A stretch of DNA of 64,000 bases from the NCBI GenBank assembly GCA_964016885.1, contig OZ024740.1, forward strand, positions 217,124,001-217,188,000, in the 5' to 3' direction. A program made the position numbers and the translations under genes. The notes under the pieces were generated by a model. The model made no database searches. It was given only the letters and a program-made list of their open reading frames with translations, and was not told where the DNA came from. This stretch comes from Eledone cirrhosa (Eukaryota). Positions 26,640 through 40,500 of this stretch are shown piece by piece; the first letter of the stretch is position 1; each line of letters starts with the position of its first letter.

Positions 26640-26945
26640 TAACTGCTACATGCTGTGACAACTTCTGTACTGGCAACCTGGTGCATTTTGCTACCAGCTC
26701 AGGTTTTGCTTCCTGCCAGGCTGAGGAGGTCAAACTGTCCAAGTATTGGTCACTCTCTGATAGGTTTGTGGTAGAGCCTGTAGCAGTGGAAACTTCTGGC
26801 GTTCTTCGCCTCTGGACCATATCCCATCTCAGTGTTATCAGGGTGGAATTAACTGCTTGCAAGTGTGGGGTGGAGTGGCTGTTCCAGTGTGTCTCCTTCT
26901 CTGTCCTCTGGGGCAAAGTCTTCTCCATCCTGTCAGCCAAGACCA
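26640..26945 (+). mobile_element. CRE-like non-LTR retrotransposon C-terminal (restriction-like endonuclease) fragment
   Basis: ATCCDNF...AEEVKLSKY...EPVAVETSGVL...EWLFQCVSFSVLWGKVFSILSA, resembling the RLE-domain end of CRE-clade elements. Confidence 0.7.
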
Positions 26946-27344
26946 AGAGGCAGATGACATATTAAAGAACATGATTTCTACCATTAACATTTCAAACCCA
27001 TTAAACAAAGAATAAAAAGAAATAATTTAATAGAAGGATAAATGTTGTATTTCTAAATGAGCAATAGAAAATTTGGTGTAAGATAAATCTAAAAGTTAGC
27101 AACAAGATAATCCTGTAAATCAACAACGTGATTACTATATATAAATTAGCAATGAGACAAGTCTATATATATTAGCAGCAAGATAAATCAACATTGAATA
27201 TTGACCAGAAATATTTCATTTCTGTTGTTAATGATTTTAAGAATGACATGAATATCACATCTCCTCAGTATCTGCCATTTTTAAAACCTGAAAGGTCATC
27301 GTCCTTTCATGGATATCTTATACATATATATAGTCTACTTTGCT

Positions 27345-27521
27345 TTTAATTCTTTCAGGGTTTGTAAAATAAAGTACCAGTCAAGTACTAGGGTCAATAC
27401 AGTTGATATTTTCAACCCTCAAAATTGAAAGCCCTGTGTCTAAATTAGAAACCACTACTACTATATCTACTACTGCTACTATTACTACTACTATTACTGC
27501 TGCTGCTACTACTACTACTGC

Positions 27522-27553
<32 letters not shown>

Positions 27554-28265
27554 TAGCAGTTGATTGGCAGAATCGTCAGATCATTGGACAACTTCATATT
27601 TGTTGTGGCTTTTTATGTTCAGAGTTCAAATCCTACCAAGGTCAGCTTTACCTATCATCCTTATGAAGTTGATAAAATAAAGTACCAGTAAAGTACTGAG
27701 GGCGATGTAATCGACCCCCCCCCCCCCCCAATTACTGGCCTTGTGCCTATAGTAGAAATCATTATCATTATTTATGTCCTTGGGGCGGTGGATTGGCAGT
27801 ATCGGTAGAGGGTCGGACGCCATGCTTTCCAGCATAGTTACGTCCCTTTACGATCTGAGTTCAAATCCCGCCGAGGTTGACTTTGCCTTTCATCCTTACG
27901 GGGTCGATAAAATAAAGTACCAGTAATGCACTGGATAATTGCTGGCCTTGTGCCTAAAGTAGAAACAATTATTTATGTCCTTGGGAGATTGGCAATATCG
28001 GTAAAGCATTGGACGTGTTTCGAGGCATACAGTTATTCCCCTTTACATTCAGAGTTCAAATCCTGCCAAGGTTAAGTTTACCTTTCATCCTTGTGAAGCC
28101 GATAGAATAAAGTACCAGATACATACTAGGGTTGATATAATCGACTTTCTCCTCCTGCCAAAATTGTTGGCCTTGTGCCTATATCAGAAACCATTATTAT
28201 AGTACCAGTTATGCACTGGGATAATTGTTGGCCTTGTGCCAAAAGTAGAAACAATTATTATTATT
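27345..28265 (+). mobile_element. Cluster of 4-5 SINE family A copies; youngest at 27782-27972 with 18-bp TSD
   Basis: Repeated cores; ATTATTTATGTCCTTGGG at 27767-27784 and 27968-27985. Confidence 0.85.
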
Positions 28266-28356
28266 ATGGTTTAATAGTATTTCTGTTGCTGTTATAAATT
28301 ACTCAAACTGTTATTTGTACAAAACAATAACTTCAATAGATACATCAGAAAAAAAC

Positions 28357-28570
28357 TTAACCCTTTAGCATTTAAACTGGACATATCCGGCCAGAATTCT
28401 CTCAGCTCTTTCTGTTCAAATTGGTGATAGCGGGCTGCTCATACTTATGTTAAGGTATTGTTCTCAAAATCTCATAGATTCGATACTATATGAGATAATT
28501 ATGTGAGATAAAGTGTTTACCGTGAAAATACAATAGTATATATAGAGTAATGTAAATGTTAAAGGGTTAA
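28357..28570 (+). mobile_element. piggyBac-type MITE
   Basis: TTAA-CCCTTTA...TAAAGGG-TTAA termini: TTAA target duplication and CCC/GGG ends are piggyBac hallmarks. Confidence 0.75.
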
Positions 28571-28779
28571 AGTAACTTTTACATTGCTTTAATAAACTGT
28601 TATCAATTAACTATTTTTTTTTTTGTTACCCTTCTGATTGTAATATTTTGTCTTATATAATTCCTTCCCTATTGACTTCTATCAATATTTATTCCCACGA
28701 TCCCTAACAATAGTCTCTATTTTACACATTTCAACATTCTCTCATTCTCCCTTGCACTATTATTCCATATCTCTTTTAC

Positions 28780-28800
28780 ACACACACACACAGATGTGTA

Positions 28801-28848
<48 letters not shown>

Positions 28849-29040
28849 TATATATATACATGTGTGTGTGTATGTATCTATCTGTCTATATATGTATATG
28901 TATGCATATGCATATATATGTATGTATATGTATGTATAAATGTATGTATATGTATATATATATGTATAAATACGTATATATATATAAATATATATGTGTG
29001 TGTGTGTGTGTATACATATATATATATATATGCAAGTATG

Positions 29041-29109
<69 letters not shown>

Positions 29110-30035
29110 TACATACACAACATTATGCAAGAAAGTTAAATGATTTTGTTCAGTCATCCCTTGTATTTCATTTTTTTCATGTGCAACTTTAGTATATATA
29201 CATATGTATATGGATCTCTCCCTCTCTCTCTTTCTCTCTATATATATATGTATGTACATATATATATTTGGGGGTGTATATGAAAACATAGACATACATA
29301 TATTATACGTTTATGTACAATAAACGTATGGGTAGCCTCACTATCAAAGAAAAATAATTTTTCATGATGAAAAAATATATTTCTCTATTTTCCTCTGTGA
29401 ATATATCAGAGTTGTCAATATATTTGAGAATATCAGACAGCAATGTTTCAAGATTTGTTAATATATATATATCTATATTTGTATATATACATTTATATAT
29501 ATGTGTACATCTATATATACATATACATACACACACCCACACACATATATATATATATATATAGAGAGAGAGAAATGTGTGTGTGTTATGTATATATATA
29601 TATTTGTATATGTATCATTATGAAGGCATATATAAATATATAGAAAATACATTTGTATACAATAAATATATGGGTAGCCATGCCGCCAAAGAAAAATATT
29701 TTTCTGTAATGAAACAAAATGATCATCAAGCAGAATTCTATATAGACTAAAGTCTATTTTATGCCAGTACATTCTGAAAGAGAGTCATTGATGAAAGATT
29801 ACCAAATCTTGAATTAACATTGACTGATACTCAGAATACTGGTAACTCTATGATATATTCATAGAGGAAAACAGAGAAAAGTTTTTTTTTTTTGTGTATT
29901 GTTTCATTACGGTAAAATATTTTTCTTTGGCAGCATGTTAATTGTATATAATACTTATATATGTCTTCATGTACACCTCTATTATGCTTAAACGCTGTCT
30001 TAGTGCTATCATCAATTGTTTATATACATGTGTGA

Positions 30036-30101
<66 letters not shown>

Positions 30102-30873
30102 AAGATCGGAATTAAAGTATTCCGCAGTTCACAGTAATAATAATATTAGCTCGAAGAAGAACAGAGAATTTTCATCAGAGCTCAAATACAAATATATTAC
30201 ACAGAGAGAAGTGTGTTACACAGTGAGAAGTGTGTAAAAAATTATTACATGTGAGTGTAACCGTTACTGTATGGGGAACAATACCTACAATTAAATAGAA
30301 AAAAACTAAGTCAGAATCAAATCACTGAAGTAGAGTTTTAAATTACTAACCTTATAACTATAAGCTTGCTGATACGAATTTAGTTCGTTTCACCACAGAA
30401 ATGTGCGGTATAACAGCCTATAATTTCCCCAGTTAACAAGTATGGGTGCTGTTCACGACACATCTAGCCTAATTAGCCATACTTGTTGACTGAGGATCCT
30501 ATGGGCTGTTATACCGCACATTTCTGTGGTGAAACGAACTAAATTCGTATCAGCAAGCTTATAGTTATAAGGTTAGTAATTTAAAACTCTACTTCAGTGA
30601 TTTGATTCTGACTTAGTTTTTTTCTATTTTTTTCTACGGTTACACTCACATGTAATAATTTTTTACACACTTCTCACTGTGTAACACACTTCTCTCTGTG
30701 TAATATATTTGTGTGTATATATATATATATATATACATACATATATATATATACATACATATATATATACATATATATATACATATACACACACATATAT
30801 ATATATATATAAATATATATGTATGTAAATGAATATATATATATATAAATATATATGTATGCAAATGAATATA

Positions 30874-30942
<69 letters not shown>

Positions 30943-31037
30943 CACATACATATATATACATACATACATATATATATATACATACATACATATATATATA
31001 CATACATATATATATATACATACATATATATATACAC

Positions 31038-31076
<39 letters not shown>

Positions 31077-31122
31077 CATACATACATACATACATACATA
31101 CATACATACATACATACATAGA

Positions 31123-31158
<36 letters not shown>

Positions 31159-31332
31159 TATACAGGTAAAATACCGTTATAACAAATTTTTCAATATAAT
31201 GAAATTCTTTTCAATTCCCTTGTTAATAATAAACAAACGGTCATATTGTTTAAGTTGTTTTAATTATAAAAAAAATTTTGTTACAACAAATCTTTTTTAT
31301 ACCCAGTGAATTTCGTTATAAGGGAATTTCAC

Positions 31333-31398
<66 letters not shown>

Positions 31399-31520
31399 AT
31401 ATGCATATATAGATATATATATGCATATGCATATAGATATGCATATATAGATGTATATATATACATACATATACATATATATACATATATACAGATACAT
31501 ATATATTTGTATGTGTAACC
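28780..31520. repeat. Dense (TA)n/(TG)n/(TACA)n microsatellite zone surrounding the inverted repeat
   Basis: Directly visible; source of the many YI/CV-repeat pseudo-ORFs. Confidence 0.9.
30188..30712. repeat. Long near-perfect inverted repeat (arms ~240-255 bp, loop ~30 bp), foldback/MITE-like
   Basis: 30188-30444 is the reverse complement of 30477-30712 apart from one ~20-30 bp indel and a few mismatches near the loop. Confidence 0.95.
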
Positions 31521-31717
31521 ATATACATGTATTAAATTTGACATATTCTTGCATTACTATTAGTTTCATACACATAAACAATTGTGTCTCAAAACTTCTC
31601 AGATGTTTTTATGTCTATGAAACCAATGATAAATCAAAGTTTTAATACATATTTTTAATTTCCTACTCTTGTGTTGACTACTCTTTTCATCTCTTTGTGC
31701 ACACACCTGTGTGTGTA

Positions 31718-31760
<43 letters not shown>

Positions 31761-33029
31761 GCATATACCATATATGTTTTGGTGTTATACATGTCCATAA
31801 ACAAATGTATTTTGTATTCTAAAAAGTGTGTTTTTGGTTTATGACAAAATTCCAATACTAACCAATTTCTTTCAGATATGGCCTTTTTTTTATATAATTT
31901 ATAATTTTTTTTATTTATATATAACTATTTTTATTCATGTTGGTCATTTGAAATTATTTCTTCCTAAATGAGATTGGGAAAACATTCTAAGTGGCTTATA
32001 AAATAATAAGATGTTTGGACTTTTTTCAAAAAAAGAAAAAAATCCTATTATGGTTATAAAGTGGTCTTGAAGACTACAGGTTTTGTGTGTATAACTATCC
32101 CTTATCCCTGTAAAGACATAGTCATAGTTTCTTAGCAGTAATGGTAGGCTGTGGCTACTGTTTTTATTTTGAGAGTAACTGTAGATATATCAGTGCTTCT
32201 CTTTATATACTAGTGTCCTGCATATTGTAGTAGTAATATAACTGCTTTGCATGGACTATTTGGCAGCATACCACAGCCAAGGGATCATGTTGACAAATCC
32301 AAAAACTGGGATCAATTTTTTTTTGTTTATTTGCGTAGTTTAATGTATTCTCTTAGTAGTTCTGAGACAGACCTATAAATGCACAGACTTCCATCAACTT
32401 TAAACTATTGTTTAATTGGTATGAAATATAAAATATGCTTCTTATAGAATATGTTTCAGCATTCTTCATTCAACCTTTTGTTTTCTATTCTAGTAAAAAT
32501 AGATCTTAATTTAAAATTGTAGTACAAAATATAATTAATGTTTGTTTTTTCGTCTATTATTTAAACAATAATAATAAACTTCTAATGCCTTTGTTTCTAT
32601 TATTTATTGGTCATTAAAGTTGAGAAGTTCTTGGGTTTTTGAAGGGTTTTAGTAAAATATTTCTAACTGGAATTTGAACCAGTACACTCTGTTAAGAAAA
32701 TGTATTTGAAGAAAATTTGCCAAACAATGAATCAAAAGTACTCCTCAGTTGTGTCTAAGACATGACAACCTCCCTCGTGATGGGGCCATGATGGAATGAG
32801 TTCAGTGTACTCTGTAAATTGTGGAAAGATATGTTAGATGCAGTCTTTGGCCATTTTGAGAGGTCAATAGCTCCAACTAATTACTCTGTTGGTTTGTGAT
32901 AACCCATCCAACTTTTATTAGCAAAGAAAATGGATGTTAAATAATGCTGATTATCACAAAGATTGCATACATTTTAAAAACAACTTGCTTACCCTATATT
33001 AATGATTATTATGATAGTAATAAGTGTTG

Positions 33030-33760
33030 AAAGGGCCTAAATGGCAATAGATTGTATAAAACTACAGTTATCATACATATCAAGAAAACTATCACATTCC
33101 ACCATCTCTAAAGATGTACAACAGATAACTGAACATGTCAATGACACTCCATATGCTATGGTTTGCAATCAACAAGAAACTATCCTAGCAAAAACACATC
33201 CTCAACATAACCTAGAATGGCCTTGTCTTTCCCATCCAGAAAATATTTCAGCCCCCAACAACCCTCTACAAAGTTCAGGTGATACCCATAATGGGATACT
33301 GCTCTCATATCTGGGACTGTACTGCTCCTAGACAGACAGACATCCTAGACACACAATAAAATACATCTGTGATGGTGTTACTACTACAAACATTCTAAAC
33401 TACATCCAAAGAAAAGCCAACTCACTAATTAGCATAAAGTCACTCACCAACACATTTCCACCTCTGACTCACAGACATACTCTATCTTTTTCTACCACTC
33501 CTAGAGTGGCTGCCACTCCTCAATACTGGCTGATGTTATGACCACTTTCACTCAGAGAATCCTGACTTATCTTCCATTTTCTCATCATTTGTATTTTATC
33601 TCTCCTTCCCTGTCCCCACACAAATCCCTTTACCTAGTTCTTTTTGCTCAGTGCTCTGGAATGATTCCATATCCATGTTTTTCTTGCAGTCATCAAATTG
33701 CAACTGTTCAATTAGAACATTAATAACATCAAACTTGTTGGCCTTAGAGCCTTCCTCCAA
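33030..33760 (+). mobile_element. Degenerate CR1/L2/Jockey-group LINE 3' fragment
   Basis: Remnant TLYKVQV.PIMGYCSHIW and IQRKANSLI motifs with frameshifts. Confidence 0.55.
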
Positions 33761-34552
33761 AACAAATAAATTTTCAAAAACCTAGAAGTTAAAGAATAAA
33801 CTATATAAAACAATCACTTTATAGAAACATGTATGAATTTGTAACAGTAGACATACAGTAGTCTTATACCAAATGAAAATTATATTCTAGAATCAAACTT
33901 TGTATGATTGTTAAAAATATATACATATACATATGTTTATTCAGGTTGGTTTTATAGTTTTTGGAATTCTGTGCAATAATAGGGACTGATTCTACAGAAT
34001 TGTAGTGCTGATAGATAGGCTGACTGGTTGAACAGTTCAGCATTTTATTCAGGAAAAATATAAAGATGCTGTACCAAAAAAAAAAAGAAAAAATGTGTTT
34101 TAAAAAAATGTTATTGTATTTCTATATCTTCTTACCTTTGCCAATCCATGTTGTGTTACTTGTCTGCCTGTTAATTTGTTAATGATTCTATTTCATATAT
34201 ATGTAAGTGATCATTTTTATGTAATGTGTTGATATATTTGTGTTGTCTAATATTGCTTTGTTACATGTCTTACTTTCTAATTAATTGTCTTTGTAAACAT
34301 TAATTATTATCTAATTGTCTATGTAAGCCACCCTTGGGTCATCAGTCTCCTTGTAGTGGACAAGGCAATGTTTTTAACATTAGCACCACAATAAAATGGA
34401 CAGAATACATTCTGTAAAGTGGTTCTTGTTTTAACAGAGACAAAATGGTGTAGAAAGTATATACTAGTCATGTTGAGAACATACAATTCTGTCTAGTGCT
34501 GTTGCTACAATAAATGCTCTCTGTACACTCATATAGTTGGTGATTTTAACAG

Positions 34553-37500
34553 AAAAATGTTGGGTAGATAGAAGTGTTCAGACATGGCAAGGACTTGACA
34601 ACCTGTCTACTGCTGATGCCATGATAAAATGTTGGGTAGATAGAAGTGTTCAGATATGGCAAGGACTTGACAACCTGTCTAGTACTGATGTCATGATAAA
34701 ATGTTGGGTAGATAGAAGTGTTCAGACATGACAAGGACTTGACAACCTGTCTAGTACTGATGCCATGATAAAATGTTGGGTAGATAGAAGTGTTCAGACA
34801 TGGCAAGGACTTGACAATCTGTCTACTGCTGATGTCATGATAAAATGTTGGGTAGATAGAAGTGTTCAGACATGGCAAGGACTTGACAACCTGTCTACTG
34901 CTGATGCCATGATAAAATGTTGGGTAGATAGAAGTGTTCAGATATGGCAAGGACTTGACAACCTGTCTAGTACTGATGTCATGATAAAATGTTGGGTAGA
35001 TAGAAGTGTTCAGACATGACAAGGACTTGACAACCTGTCTAGTACTGGTGCCATGATAAAATGTTGGGTAGATAGAAGTGTTCAGACATGGCAAGGACTT
35101 GACAACCTGTCTACTGCTGATGCCATAATAAAATGTTGGGTAGATAGAAGTGTTCAGACATGGCAAGGACTTGGCAACCTGTCTACTGCTGGTGCTATGA
35201 TAAAATGTTGGGTAGATAGAAGTGTTCAGACATGGCAAGGACTTGACAACCTGTCTACTGCTGGTGCTATGATAAAATGTTGGGTAGATAGAAGTGTTCA
35301 GACATGGCAAGGACTTGACAACCTGTCTACTGCTGATGCCATGATAAAATGTTGGGTAGATAGAAGTGTTCAAACATGACAAGGACTTAACAACCTGTCT
35401 ACTGCTGGTGCTATGATAAAATGTTGGGTAGATAGAAGTGTTCAGACATGGCAAGGACTTAACAACCTGTCTACTGCTGGTGCTATGATAAAATGTTGGG
35501 TAGATAGAAGTGTTCAGACATGGCAAGGACTTGACAACCTGTCTACTGCTGATGCCATGATAAAATGTTGGGTAGATAGAAGTGTTCAAACATGACAAGG
35601 ACTTAACAACCTGTCTACTGCTGGTGCTATGATAAAATGTTGGGTAGATAGAAGTGTTCAGACATGGCAAGGACTTGACAACCTGTCTAGTACTGGTGCC
35701 ATGATAAAATTTTGGGTAGATAGAAGTGTTCAGACATGGCAAGGACTTGACAACCTGTCTACTGCTGATGCCATGATAAAATGTTGGGTAGATAGAAGTG
35801 TTCAGACATGGCAAGGACTTGACAACCTGTCTACTGCTGATGCCATGATAAAATGTTGGGTTGATAGAAGTGTTCAGACATGACAAGGACTTGACAACCT
35901 ATCTACTGCTGGTGCTATGATAAAATGTTGGGTAGATAGAAGTGTTCAGACATGGCAAGGACTTGACAGCCTGTCTAGTACTGGTGCCATGATAAAATGC
36001 TGGGTAGATAGAAGTGTTCAGACATGGCAAGGACTTGACAACCTGTCTACTGCTGATGTCATGATAAAATGTTGGGTAGATAGAAGTGTTCAGACATGAC
36101 AAGGACTTGACAACCTGTCTAGTACTGATGTCATGATAAAATGTTGGGTAGATAGAAGTGTTCAGACATGACAAGGACTTGACAACCTGTCTAGTACTGA
36201 TGTCATGATAAAATGTTGGGTAGATAGAAGTGTTCAGACATGGCAAGGACTTGACAACCTGTCTAGTACTGATGCCATGATAAAATGTTGGTTAGATAGA
36301 AGTGTTCAGACATGGCAAGGACTTGACAACCTGTCTAGTACTGGTGCCATGATAAAATGTTGGGTAGATAGAAGTGTTCAGACATGGCAAGGATTTGACA
36401 ACCTGTCTAGTACTGATGCCATGATAAAATGTTGGGTAGATAGAAGTGTTCAGACATGGCAAGGACTTGACAACCTGTCTAGTGATGGTGCCATGATAAA
36501 ATGTTGGGTAGATAGAAGTGTTCAGACATGGCAAGGACTTGACAACCTGTCTACTGCTGATGCTATGATAAAATGTTGGGTAGATAGAAGTGTTCAGGCA
36601 TGGCAAGGACTTGACAACCTGTCTACTGCTGATGCCATGATAAAATGTTGGGTAGATAGAAGTGTTCAGACATGGCAAGGACTTGACAACCTGTCTAGTA
36701 CTGATGTCATGATAAAATGTTGGGTAGATAGAAGTGTTCAGACATGACAAGGACTTGACAACCTGTCTAGTACTGATGCCATGATAAAATGTTGGGTAGA
36801 TAGAAGTGTTCAGACATGGCAAGGACTTGACAATCTGTCTACTGCTGATGTCATGATAAAATGTTGGGTAGATAGAAGTGTTCAGACATGACAAGGACTT
36901 GACAACCTGTCTACTGCTGGTGCTATGATAAAATGTTGGGTAGATAGAAGTGTTCAAACATGACAGGGACTTGACAACCTGTCTACTGCTGGTGCTATGA
37001 TAAAATGTTGGGTAGATAGAAGTGTTCAGACATGGCAAGGACTTGACAACCTGTCTAGTACTGGTGCCATGATAAAATGTTGGGTAGATAGAAGTGTTCA
37101 GACATGGCAAGGACTTGACAACCTGTCTACTGCTGATGCCATGATAAAATGTTGGGTAGATAGAAGTGTTCAGACATGGCAAGGACTTGACAACCTGTCT
37201 ACTGCTGATGCCATGATAAAATGTTGGGTTGATAGAAGTGTTCAGACATGGCAAGGACTTGACAATCTGTCTACTGCTGGTGCTATGATAAAATGTTGGG
37301 TAGATAGAAGTGTTCAGACATGACAAGGACTTGACAACCTGTCTAGTACTGATGTCATGATAAAATGTTGGGTAGATAGAAGTGTTCAGACATGGCAAGG
37401 ACTTGACAACCTGTCTAGTACTGATGCCATGATAAAATGTTGGTTAGATAGAAGTGTTCAGACATGGCAAGGACTTGACAACCTGTCTAGTACTGGTGCC

Positions 37501-40500
37501 ATGATAAAATGTTGGGTAGATAGAAGTGTTCAGACATGGCAAGGACTTGACAACCTGTCTAGTGCTGATGCCATGATAAAATGTTGGGTAGATAGAAGTG
37601 TTCAGACATGGCAAGGACTTGACAACCTGTCTACTGCTGATGTCATGATAAAATGTTGGGTAGATAGAAGTGTTCAGATATGGCAAGGACTTGACAACCT
37701 GTCTACTGCTGATGTCATGATAAAATGTTGGGTAGATAGAAGTGTTCAGGCATGGCAAGGACTTGACAACCTGTCTAGTACTGATGCTATGATAAAATGT
37801 TGGGTAGATAGAAGTGTTCAAACATGACAAGGACTTGACAACCTGTCTACTGCTGATGCCATGATAAAATGTTGGGTAGATAGAAGTGTTCAGACATGGC
37901 AAGGACTTGACAACCTGTCTACTGCTGATGTCATGATAAAATGTTGGGTAGATAGAAGTATTCAGTCATGGCAAGGACTTGACAACCTGTCTACTGCTGA
38001 TGTCATGATAAAATGTTGGGTAGATAGAAGTGTTCAAACATGACAAGGACTTGACAACCTGTCTACTGCTGATGCCATGATAAAATGTTGGGTAGATAGA
38101 AGTGTTCAGACATGGCAAGGACTTGACAACCTGTCTAGTACTGATGTCATGATAAAATGTTGGGTAGATAGAAGTGTTCAGACATAACAAGGACTTGACA
38201 ACCTGTCTACTGCTGATGTCATAACAAAATGTTGGGTAGATAGAAGTGTTCAGACATGGCAATGACTTGACAACCTGTCTAGTACTGATGTCATGATAAA
38301 ATGTTGGTTAGATAGAAGTGTTCAGTCATGGCAAGGACTTGACAACCTGTCTACTGCTGATGCCATGATAAAATGTTGGGTAGATAGAAGTGTTCAGTCA
38401 TGGCAAGGACTTGACAACCTGTCTACTGCTGATGCCATAATAAAATGTTGGGTAGATAGAAGTGTTCAGGCATGGCAAGGACTTGACAACCTGTCTAGTG
38501 CTGATGCCATGATAAAATGTTGGGTAGATAGAAGTATTCAGTCATGGCAAGGACTTGACAACCTGTCTAGTACTGATGTCATGATAAAATGTTGGGTAGA
38601 TAGAAGTGTTCAGACATAACAAGGACTTGACAACCTGTCTAGTACTGATGTCATGATAAAATATTGGTTAGATAGAAGTGTTCAGTCATGGCAAGGACTT
38701 GACAACCTGTCTACTGCTGATGCCATGATAAAATGTTGGGTAGATAGAAGTGTTCAGTCATGGCAAGGACTTGACAACCTGTCTACTGCTGATGCCATGA
38801 TAAAATGTTGGGTAGATAGAAGTGTTCAGGCATGGCAAGGACTTGACAACCTGTCTAGTGCTGATGCCATGATAAAATGTTGGGTAGATAGAAGTATTCA
38901 GTCATGGCAAGGACTTGACAACCTGTCTAGTACTGATGTCATGATAAAATGTTGGGTAGATAGAAGTGTTCAGACATGGCAAGGACTTGACAACCTGTCT
39001 AGTACTGATGTCATGATAAAATGTTGGTTAGATAGAAGTGTTCAGACATGGCAAGGACTTGACAACCTGTCTAGTACTGGTGCCATGATAAAATGTTGGG
39101 TAGATAGAAGTGTTCAGACATGGCAAGGACTTGACAACCTGTCTAGTGCTGATGCCATGATAAAATGTTGGGTAGATAGAAGTGTTCAGACATGGCAAGG
39201 ACTTGACAACCTGTCTACTGCTGATGTCATGATAAAATGTTGGGTAGATAGAAGTGTTCAGATATGGCAAGGACTTGACAACCTGTCTACTGCTGATGCC
39301 ATGATAAAATGTTGGGTAGATAGAAGTGTTCAGTCATGGCAAGGACTTGACAACCTGTCTACTGCTGATGCCATGATAAAATGTTGGTTAGATAGAAGTG
39401 TTCAGACATAACAAGGACTTGACAACCTGTCTAGTACTGATGTCATGATAAAATGTTGGTTAGATAGAAGTGTTCAGTCATGGCAAGGACTTGACAACCT
39501 GTCTACTGCTGATGCCATGATAAAATGTTGGGTAGATAGAAGTGTTCAGTCATGGCAAGGACTTGACAACCTGTCTACTGCTGATGCCATGATAAAATGT
39601 TGGGTAGATAGAAGTGTTCAGTCATGGCAAGGACTTGACAACCTGTCTACTGCTGATGCCATGATAAAATGTTGGGTAGATAGAAGTGTTCAGGCATGGC
39701 AAGGACTTGACAACCTGTCTAGTGCTGATGCCATGATAAAATGTTGGGTAGATAGAAGTATTCAGTCATGGCAAGGACTTGACAACCTGTCTAGTACTGG
39801 TGCTATGATAAAATGTTGGGTAGATAGAAGTGTTCAGACATAGCAAGGACTTGACAACCTGTCTAGTACTGATGCCATGATAAAATGTTGGTTAGATAGA
39901 AGTGTTCAGACATGGCAAGGACTTGACAACCTGTCTAGTACTGGTGCCATGATAAAATGTTGGGTAGATAGAAGTGTTCAGACATGGCAAGGACTTGACA
40001 ACCTGTCTAGTGATGGTGCCATGATAAAATGTTGGGTAGATAGAAGTGTTCAGACATGGCAAGGACTTGACAACCTGTCTACTGCTGATGCTATGATAAA
40101 ATGTTGGGTAGATAGAAGTGTTCAGGCATGGCAAGGACTTGACAACCTGTCTACTGCTGATGCCATGATAAAATGTTGGGTAGATAGAAGTGTTCAGGCA
40201 TGGCAAGGACTTGACAACCTGTCTAGTACTGGTGCCATGATAAAATGTTGGGTAGATAGAAGTGTTCAGACATGGCAAGGACTTGACAACCTGTCTAGTA
40301 CTGGTGCCATGATAAAATGTTGGGTAGATAGAAGTGTTCAGGCATGGCAAGGACTTGACAACCTGTCTAGTACTGGTGCCATGATAAAATGTTGGGTAGA
40401 TAGAAGTGTTCAGACATGGCAAGGACTTGACAACCTGTCTACTGCTGATGCTATGATAAAATGTTGGGTAGATAGAAGTGTTCAGGCATGGCAAGGACTT

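Noticed and set aside
28717-31855. YI/CV/MY-repeat ORFs
   Set aside because: Dinucleotide and tetranucleotide microsatellites.
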